The position numbers and the translations under genes are program-made. Below, one piece after another: positions 1-9,260 of a DNA stretch of 64,000 nucleotides. Below the pieces are notes generated by a model. That model was not told the DNA's origin, searched no databases, and saw nothing but the letters and a program-made list of their open reading frames with translations. The first letter of the stretch is position 1; every line of letters starts with the position of its first letter. This DNA comes from a virus: IMG/VR virus record IMGVR_UViG_3300037483_000947. One strand, 5' to 3'.

Positions 1-650
1 AGTCCGCGGATCTGTTATATTCTTAAACTCTGCTAACGGTTTATCGAAACACTCCCCGTATAATGAACTGAATATTCCCACTATTCTGTGGATTTTCTTG
101 TAAGCAGCTAATCCGCCGATAACAATACTGTCAACTGTTCCGGGAATTATGAGCATAACCCCTGAAATATCAGCTTTTGCATAGTTTGCACCCCAGGCAT
201 CACGGAGTATAGCATTTTCCGTATCCGTAACACTCTCAATCACATTTGGCTCAAGATACGCACCGCCAACCGCCTGTCTTAAATAAATCACTCCGCCAAC
301 CGTGTAAATAGCATTAAAACTTGTGAATCCGGGAGAAAAATTTCCTCCGGCAAAAACACTGGTTTCTATGTGCAGAGTCTTTGTTGCATCCGTATAGATA
401 AAATCTCCAACCCCAATATCAGCGCCTATTATAAGACCTCCTGCCTGCCCCGTAGGATCAACTAAATCGAATTTATCGCGGTATTCATCATCATCCAGCA
501 ACCCTCCCAGCATTACATATTCATCTACTACATAATTCAGCATTTTAATGAACTCTTCCGGCGTTATTATCTTATCAGTGAACTTCTGTAATCTTACCTT
601 GAAGGTTTCAAAAATGTAACCGGCCGCGTGCGTTCCTAATTTATTAGGCA
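1..650 (-). CDS. hypothetical virion-module protein (C-terminus cut by window edge)
   Basis: Open minus-strand frame from ATG 650-648 (AAGGAG 7 nt upstream) to the window edge. Starts MPNKLGTHAAGYIFETF. Not listed in the ORF track. Confidence 0.55.
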
Positions 651-666
651 TTTCAAACTCCTTTTA

Positions 667-1530
667 TTAAATAAGTTGAACCCCTGAAAGCAGTATTTCA
701 GTGGCTTTTTGGATTATTATTTCTTTCCAGCTCTCCGGTTCCTGAATATCGTCACCTGTAGCCAGCACAACATCTACCGGCTGAATAAGCATGTTGAACC
801 TTACAAGTGAACTCAGACTATTTGGCAGTAACCGCACTCCCTCATCCATTTCTACAAACTTTGGAGCAGCAGCCGAACCCGCGAAGCTGCTGTAAGCATC
901 ACCTATTGACTCCCCGTATAATTCTGCACCCAGTTCCGGCACATTCTGCTCTCCGGGCATAGTCCATACATTAAGCACTTTCTTGCAGTTTGATGGCCGT
1001 ATGAAATATCCATCCGCATCAATTTTGATAATTGCACTCAAAAAACCGCTGGTTATCAATGGAGCAGGAAATAAATCCTTAATCCTCAGCGTTGTATCCG
1101 TAAGCACTGCATCTACATGGGTAGCATGTAAAGCACAGTTATCCTCTATATCAACCATCAATACAAGGGCATTAGAAAAATCTGCATCCCCGAAGTCAAC
1201 AATCCCTGCGGACCCGTTAATAACAGCAGCTGTTATTATTCCTGCTGAGTAAGAATTTCCGGCATTTAAAGGTATCAGGCATCCGGATTCAGCCACTACC
1301 GTCTTTGCAATGCTCGAGGAAATTTTGATAAACTCAGGATACAGCTTCTTAAACCCGTCAATCCCCAGTAATTTCAGCATTTCGGTATAAATCTCTTTCC
1401 GTGCTCTGTTAATGCCCCTTACACGTTCTGCCGAGGTAAAACTGTTTCCGTCTGTGCCGGCAGCCGCAACTTCATCCCCGGCACCCTTTGAAACTTCTAT
1501 TGTTACATATTCCAGATAAGGCTGTGCCAT
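667..1530 (-). CDS. hypothetical structural-module protein
   Basis: 287-aa ORF packed downstream of the head genes. No motif recognised. Confidence 0.55.
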   Translation of the reverse strand: MAQPYLEYVTIEVSKGAGDEVAAAGTDGNSFTSAERVRGINRARKEIYTEMLKLLGIDGFKKLYPEFIKISSSIAKTVVAESGCLIPLNAGNSYSAGIITAAVINGSAGIVDFGDADFSNALVLMVDIEDNCALHATHVDAVLTDTTLRIKDLFPAPLITSGFLSAIIKIDADGYFIRPSNCKKVLNVWTMPGEQNVPELGAELYGESIGDAYSSFAGSAAAPKFVEMDEGVRLLPNSLSSLVRFNMLIQPVDVVLATGDDIQEPESWKEIIIQKATEILLSGVQLI

Positions 1531-1531
1531 T

Positions 1532-2116
1532 TTACATCCTCACCTTTCCGCTGATAACAGGCGTGTAATCACCCGGCCTGAGACTTAAAGCCAATCTTCT
1601 TACCTGATTTTCAATCTCTTTCTTCGATTCAAATTCAGGATTAACCTCTGAATACCGCGATAAATAGCCGTAAACCAATAGCATGTAAAACTCCTGACCT
1701 ATTACAGGATCAACAGTAGCAGAAATAAAAGTTGAATCAATAACCACTCCTGTGTCCTGCCCCGGCTTTAAATATCCGCGCACAATGATATTATCACCTG
1801 CATCCAGAAAATCCTCCGGTATCTCAATCGTCCAGCCTATCGGGTCAATAAAGTGCATCATCTCCTCAATATCCCCGTTATCGGTTCCCACCTTGTAGAT
1901 ACCATGTATCACAGGTGACAGGTCATATATATAAGTTCCTGCAACAACAGGAATAGTCTGAGTATGAGGTATTTTGAACCTGAGCATCCATTGCCTCTGC
2001 AGTTCACTCAAATCCTGATAAATAGCATTAAATCCCGGCACGATTTTCAACTGCATGTCTTTTAATCGTTCTAGGATAATTGTAGCATATTTCTTTGAAA
2101 TATCTCCTGCTGGCAT
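1532..2116 (-). CDS. hypothetical structural-module protein
   Basis: 194-aa ORF whose stop lies 1 nt from the next start. No motif recognised. Confidence 0.55.
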   Translation of the reverse strand: MPAGDISKKYATIILERLKDMQLKIVPGFNAIYQDLSELQRQWMLRFKIPHTQTIPVVAGTYIYDLSPVIHGIYKVGTDNGDIEEMMHFIDPIGWTIEIPEDFLDAGDNIIVRGYLKPGQDTGVVIDSTFISATVDPVIGQEFYMLLVYGYLSRYSEVNPEFESKKEIENQVRRLALSLRPGDYTPVISGKVRM

Positions 2117-2216
2117 TTTTTAATGTGAAAAGCCCCTGCACCTTCCCCGCACCGCCTCAAAAATTATTTCAGGCAGGCTGAGAGTCCTTAAACTCCGGAA
2201 AGGTGTAGGGGTTAAA

Positions 2217-2789
2217 TTAATAAATCGGCTCTATTGGCAATGGCTTCAACATTTTCTCTGCCTGAGAGCCACTTGACCACTTATCTGTGTGGTTCTTCTT
2301 CTCATTTATCACATCATTTGTAGGCGAATATAAACCTATCTCTAAGTCATTCCCCACAAAGTTTGCGCCGCTGTCCGCCTGATTATGGATCTTTAGCCTC
2401 ATCTGCCTGCCGTAAGCACTGAATGTAAGTGTTTTAGCACCCGCTACGGGCGAGGAAGCGCCTATAACAAGCTGTGTATCTGCATCTACAATCAGGTTAT
2501 CACCCATCTTAATCTGTGGTATAACCTTGATGCTGTCCGTAGCAGCAGCATTGAAATAGTAACTCATGCTCACGGTCCCGCCGTCCCAGCGTGAGTGCTT
2601 TGTTGTCCAGGCAGTGTAATTATCCGCTGAAGAATCAAAATTTGTGAAGATTGTATACAATCCTCCAAATCCGCCTTCAACATCATCCAGTTCGGTCCAG
2701 CTCGCAGTAGTTACCGATAAAGGCACTGTGAAAGCCAGTGACAATACAAGAAACATAGCTAATATTGTCGGTAATATGAATTTTTTCAC
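2217..2789 (-). CDS. secreted hypothetical protein (N-terminal signal peptide)
   Basis: N-terminus MKKFILPTILAMFLVLSLAFTVPLSVTTASW has the n/h/c regions of a Sec signal. Lies inside the head-gene block. Confidence 0.55.
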   Translation of the reverse strand: MKKFILPTILAMFLVLSLAFTVPLSVTTASWTELDDVEGGFGGLYTIFTNFDSSADNYTAWTTKHSRWDGGTVSMSYYFNAAATDSIKVIPQIKMGDNLIVDADTQLVIGASSPVAGAKTLTFSAYGRQMRLKIHNQADSGANFVGNDLEIGLYSPTNDVINEKKNHTDKWSSGSQAEKMLKPLPIEPIY

Positions 2790-2856
2790 GAAATTTCTCC
2801 TTAAATGTTATAAAAAAATTTTACTTCAAGTCACTTCACCCCTGTAATCCCAGGCT

Positions 2857-3507
2857 TTACGCCGGTGGTACACTCTGAGCTTTCTCAATCAGCTCGAACA
2901 AATGAACCGCGTTCACCTCTTTCTTCGCCTTAGCCTTGTATCTGTCGGCAAATCCGTATTTTTCTCCGTATTCTATAAATTTTGCCTTCAAATCCTGTGC
3001 GCTGAGTTCCTGTAAAGAGTCAATCGTAAGCACATCCGTTGCATGAGAAGAAGCATCCTCCGAACCACTTGCAGGTTTTTCCTTCTTATCCGCTGACAGA
3101 CTTAAAATCCTGTCGCAAGCGCCTTCAATGTTTTCCAGAAGCATGGAAACAATATCAGGGTCAACCATTTTGGCGTTTTCCAGCTTCTCTCTTAGCTTCT
3201 GAGGCATATTCAGAGGGTCTGTGGCAGCAGAGGGTCCAACGGAAACCTGCACATGAGCAGGGTCTTTCCTGGTTTCCAGGGCATTATCCGCTTTGTCATA
3301 CTTCAGCATCCCGTTTTTGAAGTGGTCTGTGGATTCAATAAACTTCTTATCTTCCGGTTTGATGTAAAATACGCCGACTGCAACCTTGCCTCCATCTTCT
3401 TCAAGATATGCAGGCTGAGGCCTGAAAATCCTGACCTTACCATTATCATCTAACTGCGTTTCACCTGAGATACCCAGATGTGAAATGATTTTTATTCTTT
3501 CGTCCAT
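2857..3507 (-). CDS. hypothetical protein
   Basis: ORF 2857-3573 trimmed to the internal ATG at 3507 (MDERIKIISHLG). The upstream 22 codons look non-coding. Confidence 0.45.
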   Translation of the reverse strand: MDERIKIISHLGISGETQLDDNGKVRIFRPQPAYLEEDGGKVAVGVFYIKPEDKKFIESTDHFKNGMLKYDKADNALETRKDPAHVQVSVGPSAATDPLNMPQKLREKLENAKMVDPDIVSMLLENIEGACDRILSLSADKKEKPASGSEDASSHATDVLTIDSLQELSAQDLKAKFIEYGEKYGFADRYKAKAKKEVNAVHLFELIEKAQSVPPA

Positions 3508-3582
3508 GACTATATTTTTAAAGTGTATAAAAACAGTTTGCTCCGCCCCGGCATTACACCCGGGACGAAACAAAACCTTTAA

Positions 3583-4920
3583 TTAAATTCTCTGGTCGTT
3601 AGCATACAGTAATCCCCAGTAACTCGTGTTAAGCTGGTGAATTATATAGCTTTCAACTATCCTGTATTCATGCTTTTTCTTCGTCTCATCATTAGCCTGA
3701 ATGTTCTGGCGCAGGTATTCTTTGTATTTGTATTTGTATCTGAGCAAAGGAAGGGTCAATGCCATTGCCTGCGGTTTATCGTGGTTACTCCAGATCTCGT
3801 CAAACAGGTAATGATTATGAAGGTCGAGCTTTATTGAACCCCATTCAACTCTCTGGACTCCCGGAATACCGTAAGTATCATTTCCTTCAATCATAATCCC
3901 CGGCTTATCTCTCTTGGCAAGCGTAATCTGGGTTATAAGCGCCTGGTTGCACATTACAAACCATGTCTTGTTTTTGTTCTCGATTCGGGAATTATCCAGC
4001 GCCTTGCACCAATCATCCAGTTTTACCAGATCCCAGGTATCATATCCAATCTTTGCAGGTGATGTACCTCCGTAAATAGAAGTCCATAACCCCTTCATGT
4101 TGCTGTTCATAGTAGCCGTTGTGCCCAGAATAGTTGTCGGTGATACCCACTGGGGACCGTTAAAGAGGAATGAAGCCTCCCTGACCTTATTAAAATACCC
4201 CTTATGCTGTGTGGCTAACAGGTTTTCAGGTGTGCCCTGTATATACATCTTTTCAGTTGCAGCAATATCATCCACCTCATAAGGCCATCTTATATCCTGG
4301 AACTCGTTATCAATGGTCGAGGGGAACATTGCTATACCAGTTACAGATGCCGCACCTCTAGCGCTTCTCGGAGCCATTAAGAGGATTTTTGTCCCTGCAT
4401 CTACATTCGTGCCGCTTGCAATACCTATTTTAGAAGCGGTATTGGTTTCATAGTCATAAGGCCTGATTATAATCGTTGTAGTGTCGGTAGTAGCTTTCTT
4501 ATCGGTTACTACGCAGAATCCGGTATAGTTTGCGCCCGTCGGGAGGAACAGGAATCTTATCAATTCTCCCAAAACCAGGTGGTCTTTATCCGCAGCACTC
4601 AAAGTAATTGTTAATGCAGTGTCACCGGAAGCCTGAGAAGGAAACGTTGTGCCTAGCTCAATCACGTTCTTCTTGATTACCATGTCATAACCCTTGATAA
4701 TCGTGCTCTTAGCCTTCTCCATGTTGGTAAATGAACGTGTGAGTGCAATAGTAGGAATATCCAGCGATTCGTTGTAGTAGATTCTGTCACCGTAATCCAC
4801 CTCAACCAGCTGGTCGAAAGCCTTCGTATTCACCAGATGTGAATACGATATCAAACCCGCGTATTCAGGTCTGACCAAAGCTATCAGTAGTAATTTGAAT
4901 AGAAATGAAAATAATTTCAT
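3583..4920 (-). CDS. major capsid protein (candidate)
   Basis: 445 aa, immediately after the scaffold-like gene in the order TerS-TerL-portal-scaffold-X. AAAGGAG lies 11 nt upstream of the ATG. Called from position and size only. Confidence 0.6.
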   Translation of the reverse strand: MKLFSFLFKLLLIALVRPEYAGLISYSHLVNTKAFDQLVEVDYGDRIYYNESLDIPTIALTRSFTNMEKAKSTIIKGYDMVIKKNVIELGTTFPSQASGDTALTITLSAADKDHLVLGELIRFLFLPTGANYTGFCVVTDKKATTDTTTIIIRPYDYETNTASKIGIASGTNVDAGTKILLMAPRSARGAASVTGIAMFPSTIDNEFQDIRWPYEVDDIAATEKMYIQGTPENLLATQHKGYFNKVREASFLFNGPQWVSPTTILGTTATMNSNMKGLWTSIYGGTSPAKIGYDTWDLVKLDDWCKALDNSRIENKNKTWFVMCNQALITQITLAKRDKPGIMIEGNDTYGIPGVQRVEWGSIKLDLHNHYLFDEIWSNHDKPQAMALTLPLLRYKYKYKEYLRQNIQANDETKKKHEYRIVESYIIHQLNTSYWGLLYANDQRI

Positions 4921-4995
4921 GAGTGAAAACGCTCCTTTAATGTTATTAAATTCGATGCTTATAAGGGTTTATCCTTAAAAGGATTTATCCTTTAC

Positions 4996-5146
4996 GGACT
5001 CCCTTTGCGTCCTCTGCGTTTCACTACTGTGCTTACTCGCTCGGAGTGGGAAGTAGCTGCACCAATATGTTGCTCCTCGGAGAATTATTGATGTGTTTGG
5101 ACTATGTCTCTCTTGCGGTTCCTGAGATTCTTACTCACCCGGAGTG
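4996..5146. repeat. imperfect ~50-nt direct repeat pair in the scaffold/capsid intergenic region
   Basis: 4996-5050 and 5099-5146 share GGACT..GTCYCTYTGCGKTTC..CTTACTCRCYCGGAGTG. Confidence 0.6.
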
Positions 5147-5182
5147 TCCCGGAACCCCTCAAAATGCTATGATTAAAGAACT

Positions 5183-5195
5183 CCGCCACTGGCGG
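5183..5195 (-). terminator. short GC hairpin just after the scaffold stop
   Basis: CCGCC-act-GGCGG lies 1 nt downstream of the stop at 5197, followed on the minus strand by AGTTCTTTAATC. The stem is weak. Confidence 0.3.
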
Positions 5196-5196
5196 A

Positions 5197-6627
5197 TTAC
5201 GCATCTACGCCCAGCATATTGTAATCTTCGCGCACCATACCCGTCTTTTTGTGCATCTCCGCAACCCTTTTCTCTTCTTCGGTGCCTGATATGTGAGACG
5301 ATTCCACACCGCCTCCCTTTGGCATAAATACACCGTTCTTTTGACTTGATACCAGTTTTAGCATTTTCTTTTTAAGTGCACCCTCTTCGTTTTCTTTGGA
5401 TTTTGCCGGTTCTTTTGGCTTGACAGCCTCACCCGACAACTGGAATAAATGTTTACGTGTCCTGTAATAACCCTCTACCCTTAGCTTTGTTTCAGGATTC
5501 TTGCGCATGTAGGTGAAATATGAATCAGCCAGTGCAGCTACAACAACCGCCTTCTGTGCCAGCGCTTCATCATCTATCTTGTTATTATCAATATCCTTCA
5601 AAATCTTACCCGCATTTTCGCCCAAAACCATTTCAGGGATTGTGCTCTCTATTTCTGAAAATATAGAGGCATATATCAGGTTATCGGTTTGAACATCCAG
5701 CTCGCCCAGCGAAGTTTTATGTTTTTCAATCCGGTTTTCGAGTTTCTTCTTATCCTCCCTGGCTATCAGTTTCTTGGTTTTCAGTTCGTCTTTGGTATAA
5801 GTCTCATCACCAATTTTCACTGTATCATCATCATCCATGTCCTCCAGCTTGACCTCCAGTATCTTCTTAGTGGTTGCCAGTGCCTCTTCATCATTTTTCT
5901 TTGATTCCTCGACCTTTGTTACCCTATCTTCAAGAAAATCAGCCTGTCTCTTCAAATCACGCTGAATCTGCGCCAGCTTCTGCCCCTTCTCATTGCGGTC
6001 TTTCTCCTTTTCCTTATCCTTCATAAACTTAGCAACATCCTTTACCAGGTCTGATTCCTTGCGGTTTTTAACATACTCCTCATCCCAGCCGTATTCTTTG
6101 CTGATTTCCTTCACCGCAGCATCAAATTCTTCGGGTTTCAACATCTTATCACCAACCTTAACCTCTTTTTTCTCCCCGGCAGGTTTCTTCTCTTCTTCCT
6201 TCTCCGCAGGTTTTTCAGCAGGCTTCTCGTCATATTTAGCAAGAAAAGCGGATTTCTTCATCTTCTCACCGTTTATATCAACCTCATCATCCGCTTCCAG
6301 TCCCTCTACCAGCTTCTCTGCATCCGCTTTCGTCATGTTATCAATGTTAATCGGCTTATCATCTCCAGCAGGAAGCTCAGGTTCTTTCTTCGGGGGGTCT
6401 GCAGGTTTATCAGGTGACTTAACAGGTTCTTCCTTCGGTTTTATAATTGTTTGTCCATACATGTGTGCGAGTTTACTGAGGTCTTGACCCTCAATACCGG
6501 GCAATTCCTTGTATTCATAACCCTCTTCGGGTTTATTATCGGGTTTCTTCTCTTCTCCGGCTGCATATTTCACCGGGAAAAGAACCATTAAGAAAAGTCT
6601 GTATAAGAAGCTAAATAAACGAAACAT
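5197..6627 (-). CDS. scaffolding protein (candidate)
   Basis: 476 aa, extremely K/E-rich and predicted coiled-coil (KPAEKPAEKEEEKKPAGEKKE). Lies between portal and capsid candidates. Confidence 0.6.
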   Translation of the reverse strand: MFRLFSFLYRLFLMVLFPVKYAAGEEKKPDNKPEEGYEYKELPGIEGQDLSKLAHMYGQTIIKPKEEPVKSPDKPADPPKKEPELPAGDDKPINIDNMTKADAEKLVEGLEADDEVDINGEKMKKSAFLAKYDEKPAEKPAEKEEEKKPAGEKKEVKVGDKMLKPEEFDAAVKEISKEYGWDEEYVKNRKESDLVKDVAKFMKDKEKEKDRNEKGQKLAQIQRDLKRQADFLEDRVTKVEESKKNDEEALATTKKILEVKLEDMDDDDTVKIGDETYTKDELKTKKLIAREDKKKLENRIEKHKTSLGELDVQTDNLIYASIFSEIESTIPEMVLGENAGKILKDIDNNKIDDEALAQKAVVVAALADSYFTYMRKNPETKLRVEGYYRTRKHLFQLSGEAVKPKEPAKSKENEEGALKKKMLKLVSSQKNGVFMPKGGGVESSHISGTEEEKRVAEMHKKTGMVREDYNMLGVDA

Positions 6628-6690
6628 GTTTTTGTTGTTAAAGTTTTTGTTTAATATTGCAAATCTAAATAATAACTGTCACAATAACTC

Positions 6691-6701
6691 TATTTGGAAC
6701 C
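6691..6701 (-). promoter_or_regulatory. recurrent intergenic motif GGTTCCAAATA (minus-strand reading)
   Basis: One of five near-identical copies placed just after a stop and 30-70 nt before the next start. Confidence 0.4.
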
Positions 6702-6702
6702 G

Positions 6703-6981
6703 CTACTCTTTTACAGAAGGCATAATGTAGCAGTTCACTACATTCTCTTTTTTCCCCAGTTTACCTGCAAAGATCACATTGCGGTATCTTGTCAGCGGAG
6801 CGCCATACTCATCCGCAGCGCCGCTTAATTCTGCATTTACAGTAACAAGATTAACATTCGGGGACTCATCCGCATCTCTTTCCTCTTCGGTTTTGTTCGG
6901 GTCCAGCACTGTATCCGTAACCAGGGAATTGAATTTGTTTCCCTCCTTATCAACATAAATAATAAAATCTCCTGCCTTCAT
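6703..6981 (-). CDS. hypothetical protein
   Basis: 92-aa ORF between portal and scaffold. Confidence 0.5.
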   Translation of the reverse strand: MKAGDFIIYVDKEGNKFNSLVTDTVLDPNKTEEERDADESPNVNLVTVNAELSGAADEYGAPLTRYRNVIFAGKLGKKENVVNCYIMPSVKE

Positions 6982-7015
6982 TTTATTTTACCTTTCTTGT
7001 ATAATTTTTAAAATC

Positions 7016-9193
7016 TTATTGTTCTACTGCTTCCTGAACCGGCTTCTTAGCTCCGGCCTTTGCGGAGTTTCCGCCCTGCCCTGCTGATTTAATCTTCTGG
7101 CTCATCATCCACTGCTGTGCATATTGTTGAAATTCTGCCCAGAACTCCGGTCCCAGTGATTCGATAAATTGCAGCTTCTTCATTGCATCACGTTCAGAAG
7201 TGTATTTCTCAACCAGCATATCCTTATTGTCTGCCCAGTATCCGCCCTGATTTTCAAGGAATATCTCGAAGAACGTGGCACTGTCGGGATTACGTGCAAA
7301 TAACTGCGCCGCAAGTACCTTATCCTCATATTTAGTATCATCAATATCAAATGTCAGTGAAACATTAAATCCGAACCGCTGTATTTCACCATCCTGGTCT
7401 TTAAGGCTGTTGATATGGTAAATATCACCAGCTTCTACCTGTTCCGGCGTAAGCATTTCACCATCTGCGCCTCTCCATTTGCGCTCAATTTCAACCATGC
7501 TTCTCTCACTGAACTTCATAGCCGCCTGCTCCGGCGGTAAATTCGGATATGCTTTGCCCAAATATTGGTAAAACCGCGCACTCGGCCAGTGCGCTTCTAT
7601 CGGGATGTATTTCGGATCTTCTTTTTTGCCGTCTGTTATCTCTACCCACTCATCCTCACCAAACTCTTCCGCCAAAATCCTGTAAATATAACCGGATTCA
7701 AGCCCTACACCCAGTTCAATGCTCTGAACAATCGGCTGCAGAAGCGTAGCATTGGAATCTTTAAGCTCTTTTGCCAGCTTCCCGCTCATCTGCTCACTGG
7801 TTTTTGTTGGCAGCTGCCCCTGCAGTATCTCCTTGCGGATGCTATTACGTTTTAAAACTTGGTCAATAATCGTTATAAGCTCCGTTAAACTTGCACTTTC
7901 GTTAGGCCACTGAATAATATGAAGTAAATTGTCAAGTGTTACATTAGGTCCTATAGCATCCAAATCCACCGGCAGAATAGCTCCAATATCAATAAAATCC
8001 TGAACCGTATCTTTTCCCCATTCTTGATATAGGGTTTTGGCTATAAATCCCCTTATTGCCATTCTATGCCGCTCACTGTTTAATTTCACCGTGAGCACCA
8101 CATTTAACAGGTCATTAAGAACCACATTCTTGCCTATGCGGGAATTCCCGAATACCGATAAGTCGCTTTGTTCATCCTCATACGGGATAGTCTGAAATTG
8201 CCAGCCATCATCATCACGCGGGTCCGCATACTTATTCAGCCTGAAATCGCATAATCCCAAACTTGTATTATATATACCTGTAAAACAATAACTGTTCAGA
8301 GCCTGTAGCTGTGTTGGGGTTAAATTTCCCCTCTCATCCTGCTGAATTATACCCAGATTAATCGAATCGAGGTTAAATTGCTTCCACTCCGGCAAATATA
8401 CCGTCACAAACTGGTCATTGATGCTGGTTCGCGCTTCAACCATGCCATTGCTCATAATCGTATCCGCTTCGGTATCAGAAATAACCTTATCCGGGTCATA
8501 GCCCATACTCTGAAACATCAGCCTTGCCTGGTCAAGCGGTATTTTCTTGAAAGGAATTATAAAACGTGAGTTTACAGTTGACTTTTTGTCAGGGTACGGG
8601 TCAGGCAGAACACTGAGCGGATGGAAATAATCAATACTTATATCGCCTATATCATCAAGCCCCTTAATTCTGTAAGGATTGTAATAAGGCCGTGTGTATG
8701 CTTTGTTATATCTGAGCATATAACGAATAACCGGAATCCTTACCAATTCCCACAACCTTTTACGCCTTTCCCACTTTTCAAGGAATTTACCTACTGCCCA
8801 TTCCAGCCGGTCATTGCGGGGATTCGTATCGTGCATCGGCTTTAAAACTTTCTTTGCCTTTGTAAACTCAGCTACATAACCCCTCTCCATTTCTCCTACA
8901 CGGTTATCAGAGAAATATATAATGTTCCCCTTGCGTTTCTGCACCTGAAACTTGCGGAGGTCAAAATTCTGGATGTTCTGCTTAACAAATTCCTCCAATG
9001 CCCCATCTGTAAAACCAACAGGCATTTGATGCCCCTCTACGGATAACGCTATTTTATTGCAAATATCAACATAACCTGTTCGGGCCAGCTCTTCTTTGGA
9101 AAGGTCTATATAACTTTGAACGAAATCGGTGAGATGTTTCTTATCGTCAGTGTTTGAAAGTTTGAGTTTTCTATGGTCTTTGAATTGTTCCAC
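7016..9193 (-). CDS. portal protein (candidate)
   Basis: 725 aa, directly downstream of TerL. Size and position are typical of a portal. Apparent GTG start. Confidence 0.6.
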   Translation of the reverse strand: MEQFKDHRKLKLSNTDDKKHLTDFVQSYIDLSKEELARTGYVDICNKIALSVEGHQMPVGFTDGALEEFVKQNIQNFDLRKFQVQKRKGNIIYFSDNRVGEMERGYVAEFTKAKKVLKPMHDTNPRNDRLEWAVGKFLEKWERRKRLWELVRIPVIRYMLRYNKAYTRPYYNPYRIKGLDDIGDISIDYFHPLSVLPDPYPDKKSTVNSRFIIPFKKIPLDQARLMFQSMGYDPDKVISDTEADTIMSNGMVEARTSINDQFVTVYLPEWKQFNLDSINLGIIQQDERGNLTPTQLQALNSYCFTGIYNTSLGLCDFRLNKYADPRDDDGWQFQTIPYEDEQSDLSVFGNSRIGKNVVLNDLLNVVLTVKLNSERHRMAIRGFIAKTLYQEWGKDTVQDFIDIGAILPVDLDAIGPNVTLDNLLHIIQWPNESASLTELITIIDQVLKRNSIRKEILQGQLPTKTSEQMSGKLAKELKDSNATLLQPIVQSIELGVGLESGYIYRILAEEFGEDEWVEITDGKKEDPKYIPIEAHWPSARFYQYLGKAYPNLPPEQAAMKFSERSMVEIERKWRGADGEMLTPEQVEAGDIYHINSLKDQDGEIQRFGFNVSLTFDIDDTKYEDKVLAAQLFARNPDSATFFEIFLENQGGYWADNKDMLVEKYTSERDAMKKLQFIESLGPEFWAEFQQYAQQWMMSQKIKSAGQGGNSAKAGAKKPVQEAVEQ

Positions 9194-9228
9194 GGTGCAA
9201 AGGTAACTACACCGTGAGGATTAAACTT

Positions 9229-9239
9229 TATTTGGAACC
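9229..9239 (-). promoter_or_regulatory. recurrent intergenic motif GGTTCCAAATA
   Basis: Copy between the TerL stop (9261) and the portal start (9193). Confidence 0.4.
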
Positions 9240-9260
9240 GATGAGAATTAAAATTGGGGT

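Noticed and set aside
5046-5327. 93-aa plus-strand ORF spanning the scaffold/capsid intergenic region.
   Set aside because: It runs antisense into the scaffold 3' end and has Cys/Pro/Leu-rich non-protein-like composition. The region is better explained by repeats and hairpins.
5993-6487. 164-aa plus-strand ORF antisense to the scaffold gene.
   Set aside because: Its Ser/Phe-rich composition mirrors the GAA/AAA-rich scaffold codons. It is a typical antisense shadow.
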